Shown here one piece after another: positions 1-12,530 of a stretch of 64,000 bases of DNA. Origin of the DNA: Eledone cirrhosa (lineage: Eukaryota); the NCBI GenBank assembly GCA_964016885.1, contig OZ024741.1, positions 288,052,001 through 288,116,000 of the forward strand, given 5' to 3'. The notes beneath the pieces were generated by a model. It was not told where the DNA came from. It worked only from the letters and a program-made list of their open reading frames with translations, and made no database searches. The stretch's first letter is position 1, and each line of letters opens with the position of its first letter. A program made the translations under genes and the position numbers.

Positions 1-165
1 CTTAACATTCTCTAGGCTATAACAGAGAAGTTTAAAATAGGATGCCTTTGGGAACTCCTGTATGCTGATGATATAACTCTCATAGCTGAATCTATGGTAG
101 AAGTAGAGAAAAAATTCCTGACTTGGAAGCATAACTTGGAATCAAAAGGTCTTAAAGTCAATGTT
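1..165 (+). mobile_element. RTE-type LINE reverse transcriptase fragment (decayed)
   Basis: Frame 1 reads L*AITEKFKIGCLWELLYADDITLIAES...LESKGLKVNV, with a YADD motif and an in-frame stop. Confidence 0.85.
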
Positions 166-378
166 ATTAACTCTACCATAAACAGGTGGTTACCAGTATA
201 TTATATATGGATTGGCAGTATCAGTTGAGCGTCAGACACCATGCTTTGCAGCACAGAGTTATGGCCCTTTACGTTCTGAGTTAAAATCCCATTGAGGTTA
301 ACTTTGCCTTCATCCTTACGGGGTTGAAAGCACCAGTAATTGCTAGCCTTGTACCAAAAGTAGAAACAATTATATATA

Positions 379-2197
379 TCTATATATATAAATCTGAGGA
401 TGTGTTTGTTAAGGTTTGTAACGGATTCACGTCCACAATTTCCAACGGATTCTATTCAAAGTTGGGACAATTATTGCTTTTGGTCAGGAAAAGGTCATGA
501 AGCAAATAAATTTCAAATCCATCAACAATAAGGGCAAAAATCGATCATGATCATCCCCCCTCTCTATAATTTAACTGCTTTACTCTCTCTGTCGCTCTTC
601 ACTCCTTATATGGCAACACTGCAGAGAGAGAAACAGTGTGTATGATCAAATGGAGCATTCCATATGTTCCCTCTCTCTATAATTTAACTGCTTTACTCTC
701 TCTGTCGCTCTTCACTCCCTATATGACAACACTGCAGTGGAGCGTTCCGTATTGACATACGGCTTATCTGGGCATTTTCAATCGGCTTATTGCAAATAAC
801 AACCCGCAAAATAACACTTCATATAACAGATTAATGCTATAGACATATGAATTGGAATGTAACCCTTGAACTTTTTCCTGGGCAAAATTATTCGAACAGA
901 CATGACCTCATTGCCAGAGTGTTCAGACTGAAACTGGCTAAACTCATTAAAAAGGGTCAGGTATTTGGGGCTGTAAAATGTGACATGTTCACCGTCGAAT
1001 GGCAAAAACGAGGGCTGCCACATGCTCACATTTTGATTTGGTTAACTGATAAAATCAATTCAAATGCCATAGACAGCTTCATTTCGGCTGAAATCCCTAA
1101 CCCAGCAACTGACCAGGTTTCTTCAAACTTAGCCAGTTCAATACATTTGCGCAAACAATTGTGTACCCCCAGGTTCCATCCTACTTTATATGGTGCAAAG
1201 AAAGTCAGGTCAGGCTGTTGAAAGACATCCTGGTGTTAAATTTTGACAGCTGTCTTGGAAGGGTTTTCACTGTGCCCCCAAGTCTGCATGAGTGCTTTCA
1301 TCTCCGCCTTCTTCTGCATGTAGTTGTAGGCCCACAAAGTTTTCAGGACCTCAAAACTGTTGATGGAGAAATATGTGATACGTACCTGGAAGCCTGCTTT
1401 AAGCGAGGTCTTTTGGAAGATGATTTGCAATGGGATTCCACTTTAGCAGAGGATGCTTTGTTGAAATCACCTAAAGGTCTACGGGAACTCTTTGCCATTT
1501 TGCTTCAAAAGTGTGAATTGGGTGATTCCAAATCTTTATGGGTCAAGTACAGAGACTTCATGTCTGAGGACTTCCTGCGCCTGGCTCATCTGCAGTATCC
1601 TTCAGTGGAAGTTGGTTACAGCAACATTATCTACAACAGGGCACTCATTGATATCGAGGATGCCCTCCTCGACATGGGTCGGAGTGAGTTGGCGACATAT
1701 GGCTTGCCGTCAACCGTCAGAGAGGAAGCTAACATATTGGCCCCGGATTTGTTGCGGGAAACAGCATATGATATCGAATCTCTTTCCCAATACTTAGAGG
1801 AAAATGAGCCCAAACTATCATTGACGCGATTCAAAATCAGACTGGGGGTATTTACTTTCTCAATGCTCCTGGGGGTAGCAGAAAAACTTTTCTAACAAAA
1901 TTGATTCTTGCTAAGATTCGTCAGGAGAAAAAAATTGCGTTGGCCGTTGCATCATCTGGGATCGCTGCTACTTTGCTGCCGGGAGGCAGGACAGCACATT
2001 CAACCTTTAAACTCCCCTTGGATTTAGTAAAAACTGAGACACCAACATACAATATCAGCAAGAGTTCACACGAAGCTCTGGTTCTCAAAAAATGTTGCCT
2101 CATTGTTTGGGATGAGTGCACAATGGCACACAAGGGTGCCCTTGAGGTATTGGACAAGACCCTGAAAGACATTAGGGATTCTACGGTTAAGGTATAG
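379..2197 (+). mobile_element. Decayed Helitron (Rep HUH endonuclease + PIF1-like helicase), internally deleted and frameshifted
   Basis: 5' TCTATATATATAAA start at 379. ORF 847-1221 has the HUH motif VEWQKRGLPHAHIL. Degenerate Walker A FLNAPGGSRKTFL near 1856-1895. ORF 1901-2197 has ASSGIAATLLPGGRTAHS and IVWDECTM. No 3' CTRR hairpin seen. Confidence 0.92.
556..737. repeat. ~70-bp direct repeat in Helitron 5' region
   Basis: CCCTCTCTATAATTTAACTGCTTTACTCTCTCTGTCGCTCTTCACTCC.TATATG.CAACACTGCAG at ~558 and ~670. Confidence 0.9.
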
Positions 2198-2823
2198 TCC
2201 AGGTAAAAATCCAGTTCCAGGGTGAAAATCCAACGAATTTGATGTCCAAGTAAGCGTATATATATATATATATATATATTATATACATTACAATGACTAA
2301 ACTATATATATATATATATTTATTAAAATAACAGATTAAAGTTTAAGCAAAGAATCGCTGCTTTCACCCTTAACGGGATCTTCTGAAACTATATATATAT
2401 ATAGGAAAAAAAGTCAGGACCCCGACGGCTGAACTCCAGCCGTTTCGACAGCTAGATCCGAGTTCGGATCTAGCTGTTGAAACGGCTGGAGCTCAGCCGT
2501 CGGGGTCCTGACTCTTTTCCTATTACCCACTCTACTACCATAAGTATTGAGTATTCTGGTGCATTATGGTCCACCTGGTGCCTTACCACACTTCCTTCGT
2601 TATATATATGTATATATATTTAATTAGAAAGTGAACAACACAAAGTATATATATATATATACATGAAAAGGACAAACAGAAATAACAAAGCAAATGACAC
2701 AGTACAATGAAGAAATATATTATTAGTTTTACACTTGATATAGTAGAAAAAGCCTTAATGTTTCAGATGCTAGTCCTTCATCAGAAAATAGAAGATGCAC
2801 AAACATCTATCTCACACAGAAAC

Positions 2824-3239
2824 TTAACCCTTTAGCATTTACATTACCTTATATTTATTATTATATTTTCATAGTAAGGGCTTTACCTCACATAATTATC
2901 TCACATAATATCGAATCTATGAGACTTTGATGTAGTGGATTGGCAGTATCGGTTCAACGTTAGACACCATGCTTTGCAGCATATAGTTATGACTCTTAAA
3001 GTTCTGAGTTCAAATCCAGCTGACTTTAACTTTGCCTTTCATCCTTACAGGGTCAATAAAATAAAGTACCAGTAATGCTCTGGTAGTAATTGCTAGCCTT
3101 GTGCCGAAAGTAGAAAAAATTATTTATTTTGAGAACAATACCTTAACGTTGGTATGAGTGGCCAGTTATGGCTGGTTTGAACAGAAAGAGGTGAGAGAAT
3201 TCTGGCTGGATATGGCCGGTTTAAATGCTAAAGGGTTAA
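2824..3239 (+). mobile_element. TTAA-specific (piggyBac-like) MITE with nested SINE
   Basis: TTAA-CCCTTTAGCATTTA ... TAAATGCTAAAGGG-TTAA, with a SINE inserted at ~2935-3122. Other copies at 23171-23389, 27274-27960, ~28820-29015, 58535-58964 and 61373-61585. Confidence 0.88.
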
Positions 3240-4225
3240 ATGTAAATGTACCACACAGAGACAGCATGCCAATAAATTTGGATATTGAACAAACAAAATC
3301 AATCAACTTGAAATACATCTTTATATATTTATTGAATCATTTACTTACAGTATATTTTGTATTAACATTTACATGTGGTTCCATGTGGTTTATATTAGAC
3401 ATGATTATATGTGGTTCAATGTGGTTATATTATGTATGAATACATCATGTTGAATTACAATACATATTTCACCTGATTGATAACCAAATACATAATACAC
3501 ATCAGATTCCGAACATTTATTTCTGGGTTTTTTACATTAGGGGTTCATACTAAAATTACATCGGAAAACATTATTACATGAACTATATATATATATATAG
3601 AAGGTGAGTAATATTGTAGAACAATAAAACTATGCATATATCAGATAAGTAGCACTCAACAGTTGGTAGAACTAGAGTATATATAATAAAGATGAAATAA
3701 AGATGGTTATAAGAGTTCCATATATTTTATATATTTTATTATACGTATAAAACATATGGAACTCTTATAACCATCTTTATTTCATCTTTATTATATATAT
3801 ATATATATATAAACACACACACACACATATATATATATATATGTATATACACAATAATATTAAATAAATGGAAACTATATTTATAAAACCACATTTATTC
3901 TATTATATATATTTCAAGGGTACCAAAATTTTGGTACGCTATCATCAGATAAAATACGAAGTGTGTTTTATAAATTTTGACATAACCAAGGAGAATATAC
4001 CTTAACCGTTCAAGTTATCCCTGGATAGTTTCCATTTATTTAATATCATTGTATATTATACTCCAGAAAACTTGTTGAGTGCTCTGAATCAGTTATAAAC
4101 ATTTATATTTGTTGAATTACCAACAAATTGAATATCCCTTCTGCTTATATATATATATATGTATATGTGTGTGTATATATATATGTACATATATATGTAT
4201 ATATGTGTATGTATATGTGTATATG

Positions 4226-4328
<103 letters not shown>

Positions 4329-4586
4329 ATATGTATGTATGTATATATATACATATATATATATAAGACAATCAAATTTCAGCCTAGCTTAGTTTTATTA
4401 CACACTTTCACAAGTATCTTAATGTCTTCTGTGGAATTTTTCAGGTGTATATTGCTATGATCAATGTAGTGTGGCAATGTCACCATTCCTTTAAAGAATG
4501 TCAGAAGAAGATATCAAGATACAAAATAAAATGTGAAATTCAACTGTGTTGAAATTTGATCACCTAAAATGTACAAATTGTGAGCT

Positions 4587-4671
<85 letters not shown>

Positions 4672-5078
4672 TTGAAGTGTGTTTTGAAGAAAAAATAGCC
4701 ATCACAGATATGTAAAAAAAAAAAAGAACTCAATATTAATATCAGTTTATAATGAATTAGTCAGTATGATATATATATACACATTTTTCTTGTTACTGAA
4801 AAAGCTATATCACCTGTGAAAGGCATATCTATAATTCCATCTTGTCAATCATCTAACAATTCAAAAGTTGGAATGATATATATATATATTTTTTTTTTTT
4901 AATATAGAAATGGCTTCTACAGCACTAGAGCAACTGTTTCATTTGAAGGAAATCATCATGAATGCCATTTCTATATTAAAAATTTATACTCTGCTATGTA
5001 TTGAGTACCTTACTTACTGTGGTTACCCCCGATTGAACCCGGGATATGTACACACATACACACATATATATATATATG

Positions 5079-5111
<33 letters not shown>

Positions 5112-5132
5112 ACACTATATATATACATACAC

Positions 5133-5169
<37 letters not shown>

Positions 5170-5704
5170 CACACACATATATATATATATTACAATAATC
5201 ATTGTTGGTTGATCCAATTGATCGACCACCAATGGTGTAGCCAGGCAGAAGCACTCCATGTCACGGATGCCATAAGGTATTACATATATGGTATCAGATG
5301 GTGTGTCAATATTAAAAAAAGGAAGAGAGGTGGTATTATATATATTCAGCATTAGTTTTATTTCATTACTTCATCACATTATGGACATTTCAAAGGCATC
5401 AAATGTGCCAGTCATTCAATGCATTGTCATCAGACTGGGAGTCAAATATCAATAAGAATAAAGATTGTTTTTATTTTTGATATGACTGGTATTGAAGAGT
5501 TGTCTACATTTCAATACCTGACACCTTTTCAATGGCAGGCATATCAAAAACAAAAAAAAAACTTTGTTCTTATTGACATTTGACCTCCTGTCTGATGATG
5601 ATGCATTGACTAACTGTTGAAATGTGCATAATGGGATGATGTAATGAAATAAACTGATGTTGAATATATGATACTATCTCTATTTTCCTGTATGTATGTA
5701 TATA

Positions 5705-5748
<44 letters not shown>

Positions 5749-6476
5749 ATACACATATATATATATAGGAAAAGGTTCAGGACCCCGACGGCAGAGCTCA
5801 AGCCGTTTCGACGGCTATTATATAATATATATATATATATTTATTTATTTATTTATTTACAGTTTCTAAAATAAAAATACTTCATGTTGTTCTAAATGTG
5901 ATTGGAACTCTGCACTTTGTACTAATTGGGTTAGTGTGCTAAGTATTACACTGTCTACATGTAAGGAATCAACTGAGGAATCGACTATAGTTTAAAGTTT
6001 CAAGGACATATTTTGGAATTGATATTTAAGACAAGAAATATATTCAAATGTATATATATGAGTGTGTGTGTCAATTTGGTTAACTAATTGTTCCTATATA
6101 TATTGTTGAATGTATAGTTGATATATACATTAGATTTTCAACTATTTATCTATATCTATCTATCTATCTGCCTATCTATCTATCTGCCTATCTATCTATC
6201 TATCTATCTATCTATCTGTCAATCTAAATGTCTAACTCTTGAAGTAAGCATATTTGTATGTATATATATATACATATATACATATATATACACACACAAA
6301 CATGTATGCAATGTGTGTTCATATATGTATGTTATCTACAAATGTTTGTACACACATTAGTGACAAATGGTTTTGCATACATATTTAAAATATGATTATT
6401 TTACATGAAGTTAATGAAAATAATGTATAAGAATATACATGTACATGTCTACAGACATATATATATACATCCATAC

Positions 6477-6507
<31 letters not shown>

Positions 6508-6824
6508 ATGTATGTATATATATATAGATTTTATAATGCATATGCACGTGAGTTTGGTTGAGTTACTGTCAGTTTCATATGTGAATTTGTCATTAGTTAA
6601 TTAATGTTAAAATCACTTCACATCTCTAATTACATGACTTATATATTACTGTCAATCAGCCCTAATGAGATTGCATGATTAAAGCTTTGATCCCTAATTC
6701 ACATGTGAAACTGATGGTAACCCTCCCTAAGTTATGTGCTTAATTGTTATAAATTACCTACTCTAGCTCTTCCATAGATACAGATACTGTCAGTACTTGT
6801 TGAATATATAATCTTATACACATG

Positions 6825-6855
<31 letters not shown>

Positions 6856-7556
6856 GTATATATATATATATATATATATACAGACAATATGTAATTACAG
6901 TTGTAAACAACAGCATCATCAGTAATAAAGATAGGAAGGCAAAAATGAAAACAATAGTAAAAACCAAACATCAACATAACATGAAACTTTGCAGACTGAT
7001 TTAACCGGGTTTGGCATGAATGCCACTCCATCAATTCATTTAATATATATAGAAATGTCTTGAGTACTACTAGAGCTTGGGTCTTTGTTTCACACAGTGT
7101 TTCAATTTGTTTGTGAATATTTGTGTATGTTGGTGATAAATATGACAAATGCACCCAATACACTCTGTAAAGTGGTTGGCGACATGAAAGGAAATCCAGT
7201 TGTGGAAAATCTCCCAAACAATTTGTCAAAAGAACTCTTCTGCTATGTCAAAGACATGACAACTCCCTTAATGCTGGTGCCATAATAAAATGCACCAGGT
7301 GCACTTCATATAATGCAGGAACATTTGTAAGCAAGAAGTGAGTCTTCAGCCTGTTTGAGAGGTCACTACCTTTGATGAAGTAATGACATGTGAATACCTG
7401 ACTAACCCTTGCTAGTAGGGAGAACAGATGTTAAATGATGATGATGTTGATGATGATGATATATATATATAGGTGACCAGGTTACTAACTGTAATCAAGT
7501 ACCGACATGATCTGCGAAGACCTGGATCAACCCTTACTAATAGAGAGAACAAATGT

Positions 7557-7599
<43 letters not shown>

Positions 7600-8161
7600 A
7601 CTCAATATAATGAATATAGTGTTAAATTATATATAATGTTTTACAGTTATGGGATTCAAGTCAAAACATGTTATTATCCCTTAAAAGCTCGAGTGAAAAA
7701 TGATGTCACCTTGTGTCTGATGATAAGGGCTCAGAAAGATTGTATTGGTCTTTCATTGTTGTGTCTGTCTGAAACTAATATTAACATTCTTTGAGAAAGA
7801 TTCCATAATTGTAAATATATATATATATATATGTATTTTTACAACCACTTTTTCATGCTGGCATGGGTTGGACGGGATATTTTGAGAATGTTTTACAGCT
7901 GGATACCTTTCCTCATGCCAACCCTTTTAGTTGTCTCTTATGACATGAAGGGATAGAGTGTACCTATTTTAAGAACCGGGATACATATATATAGATATAG
8001 ATAGGGAGGTAGGTAGATGGATAGATAGAGATAGACAAACAATTAGATAGATAAGAGGATATAGATAGATAGATTCAAATAGACAAACAGACAGGTAGAT
8101 AAGATATATAGATAGATAGATTTAGATAGACAAAGAGACAGGTAGATAGGCAGGTATATAC

Positions 8162-9005
8162 CATAGATAGGTAGATAGCTACAGATAGACAAAGAGACAG
8201 GTAGATACGCAAGTATATAGATAGGTAGATAGGAGGATATATAGATAGGTAGATAGCTACAGATAGACAAAGAGACAGGTAGATCGGCAGGTATATAGAT
8301 AGGTAGATAGGAGGATATATAGATAGGTAGATAGCTACAGATAGACAAAGAGACAGGTAGATCGGCAGGTATATAGATAGGTAGATAGGAGGATATATAG
8401 ATAGGTAGATAGCTACAGATAGACAAAGAGACAGGTAGATCGGCAGGTATATAGATAGGTAGATAGGAGGATATATAGATAGGTAGATAGCTACAGATAG
8501 ACAAAGAGACAGGTAGATCGGCAGGTATATAGATAGGTAGATAGGAGGATATATAGATAGGTAGATAGCTACAGATAGACAAAGAGACAGGTAGATCGGC
8601 AGGTATATAGATAGGTAGATAGGAGGATATATAGATAGGTAGATAGCTACAGATAGACAAAGAGACAGGTAGATCGGCAGGTATATAGATAGGTAGATAG
8701 GAGGATATATAGATAGGTAGATAGCTACAGATAGACAAAGAGACAGGTAGATCGGCAGGTATATAGATAGGTAGATAGGAGGATATATAGATAGGTAGAT
8801 AGCTACAGATAGACAAAGAGACAGGTAGATCGGCAGGTATATAGATAGGTAGATAGGAGGATATATAGATAGGTAGATAGCTACAGATAGACAAAGAGAC
8901 AGGTAGATCGGCAGGTATATAGATAGGTAGATAGGAGGATATATAGATAGGTAGATAGCTACAGATAGACAAAGAGACAGGTAGATCGGCAGGTATATAG
9001 ATAGA
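8162..9005. repeat. 78-bp minisatellite, ~10.5 nearly identical copies, derived from (GATA)n
   Basis: Unit GATAGACAAAGAGACAGGTAGATCGGCAGGTATATAGATAGGTAGATAGGAGGATATATAGATAGGTAGATAGCTACA; 26-aa periodicity in the ORF track. Confidence 0.95.
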
Positions 9006-9129
9006 TAAGTGTTAGTATGTATAATATATAACAACAACTGTATAAATGTTTTAACATTTGCAATAACTAGGTATAATAATCAATGCAAATAGTTTTTGGT
9101 GATGTCTTAGTCATCAGTCATTGGTTGAG

Positions 9130-9595
9130 GATGATGACAACAAATATGAAAATGATGAAAATGATGATAATGGTGTTGACATGTATGATGATGATGATGA
9201 CACCAATAATGATGGTGATGGTGTTGATAATGCTGATGGTGATGATGGGTGGTGGCGATGATGATGATGATGATGATGACGGTGATGGTGAAGATGGTGG
9301 TGGTGGTGATGATGATGATGATGATGGGGATGGTGATGATGATGGAGGTGATGATGGTGGTGGTGATGACGGTGGTGGTTATGGTAACGATGATGGTGGT
9401 GGTGGTGGTGGTGGTCATGATGATGGTAATAGTAATGACAGTGGTGGTGATGGTGATCATGATTGTGGTGATGATGATGGTGATGGTAATGATGGTGGTG
9501 GTGGTGGTGATAATGGTGATGGTAATGATGGTGGTGGTGGTGGTGATAATGGTGATGGTAATGATGGTGGTGGTGGTGGTGATAATGATGATATT
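9130..9595. repeat. (GAT/GGT)n compound triplet repeat
   Basis: Direct observation; source of the spurious poly-D/G/H/M ORFs. Confidence 0.95.
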
Positions 9596-10140
9596 TTGGC
9601 AGCTGGAAGATGTAACTGTAGCAAATGAAAATAATAAGAGCACCCCCCCCCCCATCCTCCTCCTCCACCACAACAACTACAACAACCACAACTCTATTGA
9701 TGTTGTTCATGTATATTAGGAAACAATTTTTTATATGATGGTGATGATGATGGTAGTAAAGGGATGATGACAAATGTGGTGGTGGTGGAGATGGCATGGA
9801 TGGTAATGGAGATGATGATGATGGTGATAATGAAGGTATGTGTACTGGTGACAACAATAGTAATGTGTCTGGAATTGCCTCTATTAAAGTGTTCAAATTT
9901 AAATTAAAATCTTGAACTGTAATCTCATTACTTCTTGACAGATAATATAAGATTGGTCATCAGATTGGACCAAGGAAACATTGTTTCCATCGGTCATCAG
10001 ATTAACATTTTTTACATCTGATTTTAAGTCATTACATGGTTTGATGACGTAAGCCAGCAATAGAAATATGTATTATGGCAATACATTATTGCATAATATT
10101 GGAGGAATATATTAGAATCCGGCCTTCTATCTTGATTGAA

Positions 10141-10178
<38 letters not shown>

Positions 10179-10239
10179 TTTACTCTTTTACCTGTTCCAG
10201 CTATCTGGCTGTGTGTGTGTAGGTGCGTTTGTAGTGAAT

Positions 10240-10520
10240 GTGTATAGCTTAGTGGTTAAGTCATTCGGTTCATGAACATATGGTTATAAGTTTGATTTTG
10301 GCAGTACATTGTGTCCTTGAGGAAGAAAATATATTTCACTCTGCTCCAGACCACTCAGCTGGCAAAAATTATTTGTACCTGAAATTCAAAGGGGTCAGCC
10401 TTGTCACACCCCGTATCACAATGAATCTGGCTAGGAATTGCATTTAGGGTACAGGTGTGTGTAGAATGCTCAGTCACTTGCATGATAATTGAGAGACATA
10501 ACGATGGACCCAACAGAGAT
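10240..10520 (+). mobile_element. Second tRNA-derived SINE family (CORE-like)
   Basis: AGCTTAGTGGTTAAG A box, then GTGTCCTTGAG...CTCCAG..CACTCAGCTG core. Related copies at ~29700-30000 (-), ~32920-33020 (+), ~33420-33550 (-) and ~34950-35070 (-). Confidence 0.7.
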
Positions 10521-10959
10521 TCTCCCACACACACATGTATATACTGAAGTGTGTGTGTGTGTGTATTTGTGCACGTATGTGTGTATGTGTAAGAGTGCTT
10601 GTCATGTATCAATCAATGTATATATGGTGATTATGGCAATACTGATGTTGTTGATGATTGTGATCAATGAGTTAGTGGCTATTGCTATGGATGTTTTAGT
10701 TTAGTAGTAATGGTGGAATGAAGTGGATGGGGGGGAGGAGAGAATCAGATCCCATAATAACAACAACAACAACAGCAATAACAGCAAGAGCCAAAACCTA
10801 CAAAAACAATGATAAAAATAAATAATGAAAAAGCAGCCATAACAATAACAACAACAATGGTATCAGGCATCATATGTAGCAACAACAACAACAACAGCTT
10901 GTAATAATCATAACAACATTATTGATTATCACTATTGATAAATATATATCACAGAATAG

Positions 10960-11011
<52 letters not shown>

Positions 11012-11015
<4 letters not shown>

Positions 11016-11345
11016 TGGAACCTTGGTTCACGAATGCCTCTCATCATGAACAAATCGGTTCACGAACAATTTTTCCAAACATAAAACATCTCGGTTTATG
11101 AATGGTGTCTCGAGTAATGAACAGACAAGCCAGCAACAGCAGTTGTCAACAAGCTTGGAGTATCGGTGGGAAAGCCACACTTGCCGTGTAGTTAGTTACT
11201 ATGGTGATATCTATCTGTCTTTCACACAATCTCTCTCTCACTGTATTTCTCTCTCAACATTTAAAAATAATTTCGATTTATGAACATTTCACATGACGAA
11301 AGGCCTTTGGGAACAAATTAAGTTTGTGAACTGTGGTTCCAGTGT
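11012..11345. mobile_element. Tigger/pogo-like MITE
   Basis: TA-flanked imperfect TIRs TACTGGAACCTTGGTTCACGAA / TTTGTGAACTGTGGTTCCAGTG. Confidence 0.7.
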
Positions 11346-11347
11346 AT

Positions 11348-11401
<54 letters not shown>

Positions 11402-11403
<2 letters not shown>

Positions 11404-11642
11404 GAGTGAGACTGAGGTTAGCTGGACATGCTCACCGACATCCAGAGTTGACATTGCACTCAGTGCTCCTTTGGGAGCCCCTACATGGACACACTAGAAG
11501 AGGAAGACCAAGGTTAACGTATGTTGATGCCCTAAGGACAGACACTGGTCTGTTGGAGACGCAGGACATGGCAGCGATAATGAGGGACAGAGACCGCTGG
11601 AGAGAACTCGTCCACGGATCTCGGGAATTTTACCCGCCTTAG
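11402..11642 (+). mobile_element. RTE-like LINE 3' fragment inserted in (TA)n
   Basis: RLRLAGHAHRHPE...LLWEP.HG..RRGRPRLTYVD.L...DRDRWR, a typical RTE C-terminus. Confidence 0.8.
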
Positions 11643-11658
11643 AATATATATATATATA

Positions 11659-11828
11659 CAGTATTTCCCGGCGTTGAAGATGCTACTTTTTTCCTAAAAT
11701 AAGTCTAAAAAAATTTACCATGCGTCCTGGAGGCCGAAGGTTGTTTATTATTCTTTTTCAAATTTTTGGTCGTCAAAATTAGGGTGCATCCTCGAGGACG
11801 AAGCGTCTTCGCCGCGGGGAAATATGGT
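11659..11828. mobile_element. TA-flanked Tc1/pogo-type MITE (another at ~11886-12077)
   Basis: TIRs CAGTATTTCCCGGCGTTGAAGATGCT / AGCGTCTTCGCCGCGGGGAAATATGG. Confidence 0.65.
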
Positions 11829-12091
11829 TTATATATATATATATACATATATATATTATACACACACCTTTATATATATATATATAGTATTTATCAGCAT
11901 ATATCATGCATCAGAGTATAATACACATCCTAATTTTGAGAAAGAAAGTCGAGTGAAAAGAATAGATGATTGATTTGGATTTAAAAAGAAAAGGCAGTAT
12001 ACATGTTAACCACAGAGGCTATATTATGCTCTGGATTTTGGTGAAATAAAATATGGTACATATACCATAAATACGGTATATATATATATAT

Positions 12092-12530
12092 ATTATATTA
12101 ATAAATGGAAACTATATTTATAAAACCATAATTATTTTATTATATATATTTCAAGAGCCAACCAAGGCAAATTTTGGTGCACTTTCATCAGATAAAATAC
12201 AAAATTTGTTTTATAAATGTTGACATACCCACAGAAGAACAACCTTGACGGTTGGAGGTTCGTTGGATAGTGAACCTCCAACCGTCAAGGTTGTTCTTCT
12301 GTGGGTATGTCAACATTTATAAAACAAATTTTGTATTTTATCTGATGAAAGTGCACCAAAATTTGCCTTGGTTGGCTCTTGAAATATATATAATAAAATA
12401 ATTATGGTTTTATAAATATAGTTTCCATTTATTAATATAATGAATATTTACTCCACTAACTTGTTGAGTGCTTTATATCAGTTATAAAACTTTTAAATTT
12501 GTTGAAATCCAACAAATTAAATATAACCTT

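Noticed and set aside
2345-2390. Minus-strand CAGAAGA-TCCC...GGGT-GAAAGC hammerhead-like string
   Set aside because: The core is mutated and there is no convincing stem I or III.
8043-9896. Long ORFs (309, 320 and 260 aa; poly-His/Asp/Gly)
   Set aside because: Products of the 78-bp minisatellite and GAT/GGT triplet repeats, with no domain or splice support.
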